Shown here piece after piece: positions 35,866 to 43,547 of a stretch of DNA of 44,820 nucleotides. The position numbers and the translations under genes were made by a program. Location of the stretch: the sequence record PP627283.1. One strand, 5' to 3'. Below the pieces are notes generated by a model. That model worked only from the letters and a program-made list of their open reading frames with translations. It was not told the origin of the DNA and ran no database searches. The stretch comes from Escherichia phage SM_S22. Position 1 is the first letter of the stretch. Each line of letters starts with the position of its first letter.

Positions 35866-36309
35866 TTAATCTTCCAGTTCGAAATAGGTTTCGACGATTT
35901 CTTTTAAATCTTTGTGGAAGTCTTCGACGTCGTCATCTTCCAGCTTGGCGATTGATTTGATCTCGAACGCTTCCAGCAGGTCGTCGAATTCGTCGTTGGC
36001 GTCGTCGTCATCACCACCGGCGATAATCGCGGCATACTGTTTGATTTCGTCGCGCATCTCTGCCAGCGGATCGGCATCTTTCTTACCTTTGCCTTTCGCC
36101 GTGGCTTTTTTGCCTTTCGCCGGTGCTTTTTTGGTTTTCGCCGGTGCTTCGTCTTCAGCGTCGTCATCTTCTACGACTTCTTTTTTCGCCTTAGATGGCT
36201 TTTTATCTTCCTGCTTACCAACGGCAGCGCCAACGGTTTCATAATGCTTAGCGATGGTTTCCAGTGCTACTACGCCGCGAGTAATCAGGTTTACGATTTG
36301 TTCAAACAT
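35866..36309 (-). CDS. highly charged early protein (Lys-rich block between acidic blocks)
   Basis: 147 aa; RBS GGAGAT; first gene of minus-strand early operon. Confidence 0.5.
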   Translation of the reverse strand: MFEQIVNLITRGVVALETIAKHYETVGAAVGKQEDKKPSKAKKEVVEDDDAEDEAPAKTKKAPAKGKKATAKGKGKKDADPLAEMRDEIKQYAAIIAGGDDDDANDEFDDLLEAFEIKSIAKLEDDDVEDFHKDLKEIVETYFELED

Positions 36310-36509
36310 GTTTTATATCTCCGATTGGTTAAGTTTAGGTGTCGACCATTAACTTCGTCGGTGGCCTTAACATATTGCCAGGTTACGCGTTCTCCCGTTC
36401 GGGTAGTGGACCTGGTTATATAATCACGGTTGGGAATCCTGACACTTCGATCCGGCCCCTGCGTTGCCCCTCTCCAGTTTGCGTCCTGCATCCTGTCGAC
36501 GAGGTGAAT

Positions 36510-36545
36510 ATTAGATTGGTTGCATGAGGGAGTCAACAACTAATT
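36510..36545 (-). promoter_or_regulatory. early sigma70-like promoter
   Basis: Minus-strand read TTGACT-17-TAATAT with TGCAACCAAT in the spacer. Confidence 0.5.
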
Positions 36546-36547
36546 TC

Positions 36548-36640
36548 AAAAAAAAAGCGCCGAAGCAAAATGCGACGGCGCTAACCAATAAGAGACAATG
36601 AGACGGGAGTATTATTACACGCGTGCGCGCCCGTTTCAAT
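36548..36640 (-). ncRNA. promoter-proximal terminated transcript (candidate sRNA or attenuator leader, ~55 nt)
   Basis: Minus-strand TTGAAA(rc of 36634-36639)-16-TAATAA(rc of 36612-36617), then hairpin 36556-36582 with nine-T run. Confidence 0.3.
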
Positions 36641-36711
36641 ATCCAAAGGATTTGACACCTTGTGGTTTTAGGTGTAGTTTCGTTGGTCATTAACCAACTG
36701 AGGGCAGAGCA

Positions 36712-37041
36712 ATGAATGTAAACGACGCAATCGAAATGTTAACGACGACTGTTAGCAGTGAAACAAGCCGGTCATGGGCTTATACCGATGCCGTTGGGGC
36801 GGTGCTATTTGAGGTCGAGCGCCTGCGCAGTGTAGAAAAAGAATTACGCGCCAGGCTGGAATTGCTCAACGGTACGGCGGCGAGCAAGCTACAAAAACAC
36901 AATGAAGAAATGGAAGAATACAAAAAGCAGGTTATCCGTTTGCGCGCCGAGGGCAAATCCTGGGCGATGATTGCCGAGTTGACCGGAATTAATCAGAGCA
37001 CAGTGCGCTCTTGGGTACGCAATAACAAAACTTCTAAGTAA
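36712..37041 (+). CDS. HTH DNA-binding protein (putative regulator)
   Basis: 109 aa; C-terminal HTH-like SWAMIAELTGINQSTVRSWV. Confidence 0.5.
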   Translation: MNVNDAIEMLTTTVSSETSRSWAYTDAVGAVLFEVERLRSVEKELRARLELLNGTAASKLQKHNEEMEEYKKQVIRLRAEGKSWAMIAELTGINQSTVRSWVRNNKTSK

Positions 37042-37051
37042 GGCCACGGCA

Positions 37052-39316
37052 ATGAGCTTAATTAAATTCGCTGTAACAAGACCCGCTAAAAAAGGCGAAA
37101 AAGCCAGGGCGGAAAACTTCCAGATGACGACCGATGAGTTTTTCGAATTTATCAAAGATGCGAAAGAAATCTCCTCGGTGCATATCAACAAGACGGAAGA
37201 TAAAGCCGAGTATGCGCGCCGCAAGCGTAAGGCCGACGGCATCGTGGCGTATACCAGTGACGGATTGCGTCGTAAGACCAGTGCGGTGGACCGCTCGATC
37301 CTGTTCTTTGATATCGACCGCACCGACACTCGCACCTTGCGCCGCTGCCGTAAGGCTTTCATCGATGCGGGTCTGGAACACGTATTCCACACCACAACCG
37401 GCGACCGCCACCCGCTGAAAGGAGGCACGCGTTGCGCTCGTTTCCTGGTGCTCACCGATAAGCCTGTACCTGCTGAAGACCTGGGCCGCGTCCAGTATGC
37501 ACTATTACACCAACTGGGTCTGTCAGATGTGGACTTCGACGATTGCACGAAAGACACAAACCGCCTGATGTACCTGCCACACCAGCAGTCTGTTATTAAG
37601 TGCCACTACGGAAAACGTGCCCGAGTCCGTCGTCTGCTTCGCCTGGCGGATAAGTTGGGCGTGGAGAAGGAGGAAGTACGCCGCGAACTAACCCAGGGCG
37701 ATGACGCAGTGGCAGACGGCATTCTGGACTGGTGCTTCCAGGCAGGATTCGAGGAGTTATCTTCCGGTCGCGGTTATGAAGTGCCGTGCCCGAACGAACA
37801 TCTGCACAGCGGCGAAGGGTCGACGGCTATCATGGTCAAGGATGGCGAGATCCGTTTCAAGTGTATGCACACCGGCAACGAGTGTTGCTCGGAACTGAAT
37901 AGACACCAGCACCTGGCGCTGCGTCTTATCGGGATCCCTGACCACCTGAACGTCGAGCCACACAACATGTCCCGTAAGCAAATCGCCGCCATCCTTCCGG
38001 GGCTGGACGACGAGGAAGTCGAATCCTTATATGAACATATTGTTGATGCGGTTGGCGACGGCGAAGAATACGGCGTGTGCACCGATGCGGATCTGGATAA
38101 CGAGCCGGTTGCGCTGTTCAGCAAGCACGACCCGATCATCGAGGGGTTGATTAACTTCAAATCGACCTGGTACATGGCGGGTGAGTCGAATATTGGTAAG
38201 TCTTTCTACGTGCTGGGTCAAATGGGCGCTGTTGCCGCCGGTATTCCGTTCGGCGGTGCGAAGGTCGTCCAGTCTCATTGCTTCTATTTCGATGCGGAAG
38301 GTGGTGAAGCCTCCAACCAGCGTAAAGAAGCATTGCAGATTAAATACGAGCACGACCTGGACAAGCTGCACATTATCGATCTGCAGTCACGCGGCTGGGA
38401 TATCACCAGCAAATCCGGCTTGCGCGAAGTTATCAGCTTTATCAACCGCACCGCTAACGGCGAACCGGTTGGCCTGGTGGCGTTCGACTCACTCAACCAG
38501 ACTGTTGCGCTGCGGTCCGCCGATGCTAAACCGTTCGACGAGAACAACGCCAGCGATATGGGTGAAGTGGTCAAAGCGCTGAAAGCCATTGCGGAAAATA
38601 CAGGTGGCAGTGCGGGCGTCATCCACCACCCGGCGAAGGGTGCCAACGGCAGCAGAACCCCACGCGGATCCGGCGCGCTGCATGGTGCTGTCGATTCTGC
38701 GTTCTTCCTGGAGCAACCAGACGACAACCAGCCCGGACAATTGAACCTGTATCATGAGAAGGCACGTAACGGCATCAAGCAAGCGCCGCGCGGATTCGTC
38801 CTGCTCAAGTGCAAGGTGAAGGTGGATCTCCGCAAGTCAGAAGCGTTCGAGGCGCACCAGTCCACCAGCACCGGGCCAGACTTCGGTGACGTGGTTGCCG
38901 GTTGGGACGTCAAGCCGATTGCATCCACGCCTCGCGACGAGACTCTGTACCTCGTACCGGTCGCCCTGGCACCGTTCGCCATCGAACAGGCGAAGGCAGC
39001 GGGCAAGGCCGCAGTTAAGGAGGAGAACGCCGCAGGCCCGCGCAATGAAAAAGAGAAAGTGCTTTATGCAGCGCTGGAAAAACTGATGGAAGATAACCCG
39101 GACCATACCGGATTCAGCAAATCGGCAATTGTCCGCCAGGCTGGACTTGCGAAAGGTGGCACGTCGACAAAGGCAATCGACGATATGGTCGAGCGCGGCG
39201 TACTAGGTTTTTACACAGATCCACACACCGGGGCCATCTATGGGTCGTCGAATATCGTCATTAAAACGAATATACCCATCACGCTTTCGGCGACCGATGA
39301 GGATTTAAAAGATTAA
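37052..39316 (+). CDS. bifunctional primase-helicase (AEP/PrimPol-like N-terminus, P-loop helicase C-terminus)
   Basis: 754 aa; AEP-like LFFDIDRTD; Cys/His zinc module; Walker A GESNIGKS and Walker-B-like LVAFDSLNQ. Confidence 0.6.
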   Translation: MSLIKFAVTRPAKKGEKARAENFQMTTDEFFEFIKDAKEISSVHINKTEDKAEYARRKRKADGIVAYTSDGLRRKTSAVDRSILFFDIDRTDTRTLRRCRKAFIDAGLEHVFHTTTGDRHPLKGGTRCARFLVLTDKPVPAEDLGRVQYALLHQLGLSDVDFDDCTKDTNRLMYLPHQQSVIKCHYGKRARVRRLLRLADKLGVEKEEVRRELTQGDDAVADGILDWCFQAGFEELSSGRGYEVPCPNEHLHSGEGSTAIMVKDGEIRFKCMHTGNECCSELNRHQHLALRLIGIPDHLNVEPHNMSRKQIAAILPGLDDEEVESLYEHIVDAVGDGEEYGVCTDADLDNEPVALFSKHDPIIEGLINFKSTWYMAGESNIGKSFYVLGQMGAVAAGIPFGGAKVVQSHCFYFDAEGGEASNQRKEALQIKYEHDLDKLHIIDLQSRGWDITSKSGLREVISFINRTANGEPVGLVAFDSLNQTVALRSADAKPFDENNASDMGEVVKALKAIAENTGGSAGVIHHPAKGANGSRTPRGSGALHGAVDSAFFLEQPDDNQPGQLNLYHEKARNGIKQAPRGFVLLKCKVKVDLRKSEAFEAHQSTSTGPDFGDVVAGWDVKPIASTPRDETLYLVPVALAPFAIEQAKAAGKAAVKEENAAGPRNEKEKVLYAALEKLMEDNPDHTGFSKSAIVRQAGLAKGGTSTKAIDDMVERGVLGFYTDPHTGAIYGSSNIVIKTNIPITLSATDEDLKD

Positions 39317-39326
39317 ATTTTGCGCG

Positions 39327-39427
39327 CATTGGTTGCCGATATGGGAATTCACATATCGCTAAACGATTAATTTGTGCGCGTATTGGTTGCCATTCTACGT
39401 GTTTTTATCTGGTCGCATTGGTTGCCG
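39327..39427 (+). repeat. three direct copies of 13-bp GCGCATTGGTTGCC-like box
   Basis: Copies near 39329, 39376, 39412; variant of the ATTGGTTGCA motif. Confidence 0.7.
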
Positions 39428-39477
39428 TGTAGTGTAAATATAATGAATAGTTATGCAATAAAACTGCATAAAGTAAG

Positions 39478-39749
39478 CGGGACAAAAAGCGGGACAAACA
39501 CGAGGCGGGACAAAGCGGGACAGCACCCCGTCCCCGCCAGTGCTGCCGCGGTTTTCAGCCGATCGGGACAGCGGGACAGCACCCCAGTCGGGACAAAAAG
39601 CGGGACAAACACGAGGCGGGACAAAGCGGGACAGCACCCCGTCCCCGCCAGTGCTGCCGCGGTTTTCAGCCGATCGGGACAGCGGGACAGCACCCCAGTC
39701 TTTCAGACTAGACGGGGGTCAGCGGCCCCCCTCGTCTGAGACTGAATAA
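39478..39749 (+). repeat. CGGGACA-repeat element, copy 2 (tandemly duplicated 111-bp unit plus hairpin tail)
   Basis: Units 39478-39589 and 39589-39700, each with six CGGGACA copies and inverted GTCCC; tail 39701-39749 identical to 11660-11708. Confidence 0.85.
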
Positions 39750-39917
39750 AATCCGGGGATTGCAAAATACACGGCAGCATGACGCGAAGTGCGGTCATCG
39801 ATGAACTAGGCAACCAATGCGAGTTGCATTATGCGGAGTGAAAAACGCAGTTTGCAGTTGCAGCAGATAGCGATCAACTTTTTCATGCGCGTGATTAATA
39901 TTGGTTGCATCCGCCCT

Positions 39918-39946
39918 GGCACCCTGCTATATTGGTTGCACACCAA
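39918..39946 (+). promoter_or_regulatory. sigma70-like promoter with conserved leader
   Basis: TTGCAT-17-TATATT then GGTTGCACACCAACA-GGAGGG-ATG; the same leader occurs (rc) before gene 5005-5769. Confidence 0.45.
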
Positions 39947-39960
39947 CAGGAGGGCGGAAC

Positions 39961-40140
39961 ATGAAAACCGAAATGGTTAATAAGCGCGAAATCAAGATCG
40001 GCGATACGGTAGTCCACAACGGGGAGCTTCGCACTGTGTGCAAGCGAGCGTTTAGCGTCGATGCATTTATGGGCCTGCTACTTTGGGGCGACAGCTATCG
40101 TTTAGGGCATAAACTGGTTGAGAGGGTTACGGAACTATGA
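39961..40140 (+). CDS. small hypothetical protein
   Basis: 59 aa from ATG 39961 with RBS AGGAGGG. Confidence 0.35.
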   Translation: MKTEMVNKREIKIGDTVVHNGELRTVCKRAFSVDAFMGLLLWGDSYRLGHKLVERVTEL

Positions 40141-40463
40141 AAGCGATTATCTGGAATTACGCAATGGCGATGGCGAAGGCACAAGAGGCGGCGGAGTTCG
40201 CCGGTGAAGGAGCGGAAGCGGTCGAAAGACTATCGGCAGCGTGGTCCGTTGTTCGCGTCACGCAGCAGGCCATCGCCTGTATGCTGGAACGCCGCTTCAG
40301 CACGATGGCAGAGATCCAGCCACTGGCTAACGCAATCCAGGACTACGCGCTTGCATTTGCCCGTGAGCGCCTGGCGTATCGCTTCGGGATCGGCGAGACG
40401 GCTGTGACAAACGTCGCCCGGATTAAAGCCCAGCGTGAACTATTCGCCCAGCTTGCAATATAA
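40137..40463 (+). CDS. hypothetical protein
   Basis: 108 aa; ATGA coupling. Confidence 0.4.
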   Translation: MKAIIWNYAMAMAKAQEAAEFAGEGAEAVERLSAAWSVVRVTQQAIACMLERRFSTMAEIQPLANAIQDYALAFARERLAYRFGIGETAVTNVARIKAQRELFAQLAI

Positions 40464-40472
40464 GGGGCCAAA

Positions 40473-40742
40473 ATGGGCCGTAGGCGAGCAAAACAGCTTT
40501 CGTGGCATATCCCCCTGCATTGCATACGAATATGGGCTAAGAATGCGACTGAGGGCGATTCTGTGTACTGGAGCTATCGCGATGACGTGAAGCCGTTGAC
40601 GCAGACTCGTTACTTGCACCAGTTCGCAGCACAACACGATTTCAGGGTGCGGACTTCCTTGCAACCAATGGGGATCCGTATTATATTACGCCGGAAGCCC
40701 GCCGTTGAGCGGGTAGGCAAACACTGGAGACTGAGCAAATGA
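40473..40742 (+). CDS. hypothetical protein
   Basis: 89 aa, basic. Confidence 0.3.
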   Translation: MGRRRAKQLSWHIPLHCIRIWAKNATEGDSVYWSYRDDVKPLTQTRYLHQFAAQHDFRVRTSLQPMGIRIILRRKPAVERVGKHWRLSK

Positions 40743-40891
40743 CACCAATGCAAAGGGCACTAATGGCGGGATTCTCGCAGAAGTTTATTTCAGTAGACGC
40801 CTGCATAGCTGATTATGAGATGGACGGCATCGCTACGGTATGCGATGGCGACTATAAGACTGTTGACGAGATTGAGGAGACTGAGCAATGA
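40739..40891 (+). CDS. small hypothetical protein (50 aa)
   Basis: ATGA coupling at both ends. Confidence 0.25.
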   Translation: MTPMQRALMAGFSQKFISVDACIADYEMDGIATVCDGDYKTVDEIEETEQ

Positions 40892-41442
40892 GATTACTAT
40901 TCCGCCGCAAATCAGACGGGCGCATACTGAAGCCGATCCAGACCCTGGATTCCTACGTCCGCCTGCACCACGCGGCAAGCGATCGGGTATTCCGCGCATC
41001 GAAGGGCACATTGCCGCAGTTCTTCGAAGTCCTCACACACGATATTGAGCGCGGCGATGTGCTGCGTGATATTCGCGACGGGCAATTGTGGGTCGTGGAG
41101 CACACCTCCCAGCACGGCTTGCGGTTTAAGTCCGGCATCTTGTTGAAGGGTATGACGTACTTCGGGCTAATCCACTACGAGCGCGTGGGGCGCAATTACA
41201 GACTCCGCAACCGCCAGCCGCATGAGCGCGTGGAGTTCCGCAAGTCACAGCCAGCCTATGCGACCTACGACGCGAGCAAAGCGCAGGATTTGGTCCGCGA
41301 TGCGACGCATGAGATTATTAATCGTTTCGATGCCGTGACGAACGCACAGCGCCAGGCTAAGGAGTACGGTGTGGGATTTATCCGTGTCGAACCCGACGGC
41401 GGCATGACCACTATAGACCCGCGCTCGGTGATTCTGAAATGA
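40888..41442 (+). CDS. hypothetical protein
   Basis: 184 aa. Confidence 0.4.
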   Translation: MRLLFRRKSDGRILKPIQTLDSYVRLHHAASDRVFRASKGTLPQFFEVLTHDIERGDVLRDIRDGQLWVVEHTSQHGLRFKSGILLKGMTYFGLIHYERVGRNYRLRNRQPHERVEFRKSQPAYATYDASKAQDLVRDATHEIINRFDAVTNAQRQAKEYGVGFIRVEPDGGMTTIDPRSVILK

Positions 41443-41585
41443 GTGCGACGATCCGTGATATGCTGATGCACAACCGCTTTGAGGTCGGCGGTCGGGTATT
41501 TCGCAATTACTTCGTGGCGCGTGCCTGGGCGCGCCATATTGGCAAACCGGAAGGGGCAATTCGATGCTATACGTCTTCGCGGTAG
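41439..41585 (+). CDS. small hypothetical protein (48 aa)
   Basis: ATGA coupling. Confidence 0.25.
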   Translation: MSATIRDMLMHNRFEVGGRVFRNYFVARAWARHIGKPEGAIRCYTSSR

Positions 41586-41661
41586 TATGTGGCGGTAGTC
41601 TGGCGGCCCTGGTGCTGTTGGCGTCGGTTATTAGTCTGGTTAAATACCTATGGGGCCGATT

Positions 41662-41949
41662 ATGATTCATGATGTGATTTATTGGTTTGGTTTGATCTGC
41701 GGGCTGTGCCTACTTACCGCGGTGCTGTTGGGCGTCCTGATGTTCGTAGTATGGCCCGCCGTGGAAGCCGCCAGCATTACCCGCATGACGTTCGAGATAT
41801 ACAAGCGCCGTGGAATCACGGAGCACCCGACCAGGTTGCGCATGTGGTGGCTGTGGTATCGGGATATGATAGGCGGGCGAACATTCGAAGCCGTCCGCTC
41901 ATCCGGGTGGGAGTGGAAAGGCGTCGGCAAGTGGTCCGTTTTCGATTAA
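41662..41949 (+). CDS. membrane protein
   Basis: About 95 aa; N-terminal TM helices. Confidence 0.35.
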   Translation: MIHDVIYWFGLICGLCLLTAVLLGVLMFVVWPAVEAASITRMTFEIYKRRGITEHPTRLRMWWLWYRDMIGGRTFEAVRSSGWEWKGVGKWSVFD

Positions 41950-41966
41950 TTATGCAAGCGTGATAT

Positions 41967-42001
41967 AGTCCCAGTGAGATAAAACTTACTGGGACTTTTT
42001 T
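41967..42001 (+). terminator. intrinsic terminator immediately upstream of lysis cassette
   Basis: 12-bp stem (one G-U) AGTCCCAGTGAG / CTTACTGGGACT, then TTTTTT; holin ATG follows at 42002. Confidence 0.5.
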
Positions 42002-42292
42002 ATGGATAAGCTAAACGAGTGGTTATTCGCCCTTGCGTGTCTTGCTGGTGGCTTCGTAGGCGCACGCATTCATGGCGAGGCAACGAAAGGGCCGTTGAAC
42101 TTCGTTTTATATGTCGTAGTTGGCTTCCTGTGTGCCATATTTGGTGCGCCAGCTATCGCCGAGTGGGCGGGCTTATCGGGCGAGCGCACTGTCGCCGGTT
42201 TGGGCTTCGTAACTGCCATCTTCTGGATGCCAATAGCTGACCGGATCCGGGAGACAATTGCGACGCTACACCTTCCGGGGGGCGCAAAATGA
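42002..42292 (+). CDS. holin (putative)
   Basis: 96 aa with three predicted TM segments; precedes lysozyme. Confidence 0.5.
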   Translation: MDKLNEWLFALACLAGGFVGARIHGEATKGPLNFVLYVVVGFLCAIFGAPAIAEWAGLSGERTVAGLGFVTAIFWMPIADRIRETIATLHLPGGAK

Positions 42293-42534
42293 TTATCTCC
42301 GTCCTGTTGTTTGTTATCATTGGGGCTTCGTCCCTGTTTAACGTGTATGCGCCGTCCGTCAAGGATGGCATTTTAGGCCGGGTGTTATATCTGCTAACGG
42401 CGATGGTCTGCATTATCGGACTGTTGCAAACAGGAGACGTATCTGACACCACCTGGGCCGCGTTAATCTGGCTGTTTGCATTGCGCACGCTGCGTAATGC
42501 TGTTTTAAATGGGGTAAAACATGCGATTCAGTGA
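42289..42534 (+). CDS. membrane protein (second holin or antiholin candidate)
   Basis: 81 aa with hydrophobic segments; coupled to neighbours. Confidence 0.4.
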   Translation: MIISVLLFVIIGASSLFNVYAPSVKDGILGRVLYLLTAMVCIIGLLQTGDVSDTTWAALIWLFALRTLRNAVLNGVKHAIQ

Positions 42535-43012
42535 CAACGGTCTACGATTTACGGCAGCATGGGAGCAATTCAGCCCAGTGCCGTATTTTGCGACTAAGAA
42601 AGAGCAGGCACGCGGCCTGTACACCTGGGGTTATGGGCATACTGGCACGAACCCGCCGCGGAGCATTACCCGTGCGGAAGCACTGGAGCTACTCAAGCGA
42701 GATGTGGCATATGCCGAGAACTGGGTGAACAAGTACGCACACCCGAGCATTAATCAGGCGCAATTCGACGCGCTGGTGGACCTGGTTATCAATGCTGGCC
42801 CGGGTCCGATCATGCCGGACGACGTCGCCGGTGACTTCGACGATGCTGTCCGCCTGGGTGACTGGGCAAAGGTGCGGGCTATACTGCCACAATTCCGCAA
42901 GCAAGGCGGGGAAGTGCTGAAGGGGTTAGTCCGTCGAGCAATCGGCAGGCAGGCGCTATTCGATGGTAAGCAGTGGGACGTTGCCGAGAAAATCGGTCGT
43001 AACGCAGCATAA
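42521..43012 (+). CDS. endolysin, phage lysozyme (GH24-like)
   Basis: 163 aa; WEQF...GLYTWGYGHTG and later QAQFDALVDLVINAG match phage lysozyme pattern. Confidence 0.7.
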   Translation: MRFSDNGLRFTAAWEQFSPVPYFATKKEQARGLYTWGYGHTGTNPPRSITRAEALELLKRDVAYAENWVNKYAHPSINQAQFDALVDLVINAGPGPIMPDDVAGDFDDAVRLGDWAKVRAILPQFRKQGGEVLKGLVRRAIGRQALFDGKQWDVAEKIGRNAA

Positions 43013-43021
43013 GGGGATGAT

Positions 43022-43429
43022 ATGTTAAAAAGTATTCTTGATCATAATGCGGACGCGCTCGACGCGTTGGCTAAAACGGACGACGCGGAAGCGCGTCGTA
43101 TCATTGCGGACACCATCAGCCATGCTGGGGTGTTTGGCGCAAGCCTTCCGGGTCCGAAACCAGAGGTAAAAGTGACAAGCGCCACGGTAACTGTAGCTCC
43201 CGAGGCGGTTACAATCGGCACCCCGGCGAAGGCTACTGCGGCGGTACAACCGGCAGGGGCGACCAATAAATCCGGCGTGTGGATTAGCGGGTCGCCGTCA
43301 ATCGCAACCGTGGATGCCTCCGGCAATATCGAAGGTAAAGCCGCCGGATCTGTCGATATTATTTGGGTGGCTAAGGATGGAAGCGGGGTATCGGGCCGCA
43401 AAACGGTAACTGTGGCAAACGTAGAGTAA
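43022..43429 (+). CDS. Ig-like (Big_2-type) domain protein
   Basis: 135 aa; C-terminal beta-rich segment typical of Ig-like domains. Confidence 0.45.
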   Translation: MLKSILDHNADALDALAKTDDAEARRIIADTISHAGVFGASLPGPKPEVKVTSATVTVAPEAVTIGTPAKATAAVQPAGATNKSGVWISGSPSIATVDASGNIEGKAAGSVDIIWVAKDGSGVSGRKTVTVANVE

Positions 43430-43444
43430 TGAGCAAGCCCGCCG

Positions 43445-43472
43445 TATTGGCGGGCTTTTTATTGTTTGACCT
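43445..43472 (+). terminator. intrinsic terminator
   Basis: AGCCCGCC-GTATT-GGCGGGCT followed by T-run. Confidence 0.55.
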
Positions 43473-43547
43473 GCAACCAATTAATAGCCCATACTGCGGT
43501 CGCCGTGGTATATTGACCGCGGACAATCTGAATCAGGAAGATATACA

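Noticed and set aside
36291-36539. 82-aa minus-strand ORF overlapping the early promoter region
   Set aside because: It contains a near-consensus TTGACT-17-TAATAT promoter and the ATTGGTTGCA motif, overlaps the RBS and start of gene 35866-36309, and has no RBS of its own.
39374-39749. ORFs 39374-39739 and 39540-39749 (+), and 39395-39637 and 39451-39693 (-), in the tandem repeat
   Set aside because: Internal protein repeats mirror the 111-bp DNA tandem duplication; multiple overlapping frames are open because of repeat composition, which is typical of non-coding repeats.
39918-39946. Possible sigma54 promoter (TGGCAC ... TTGCA) near 39920
   Set aside because: Spacing between the GG and GC elements does not fit the -24/-12 consensus; a sigma70-type TTGCAT-17-TATATT reading fits better.
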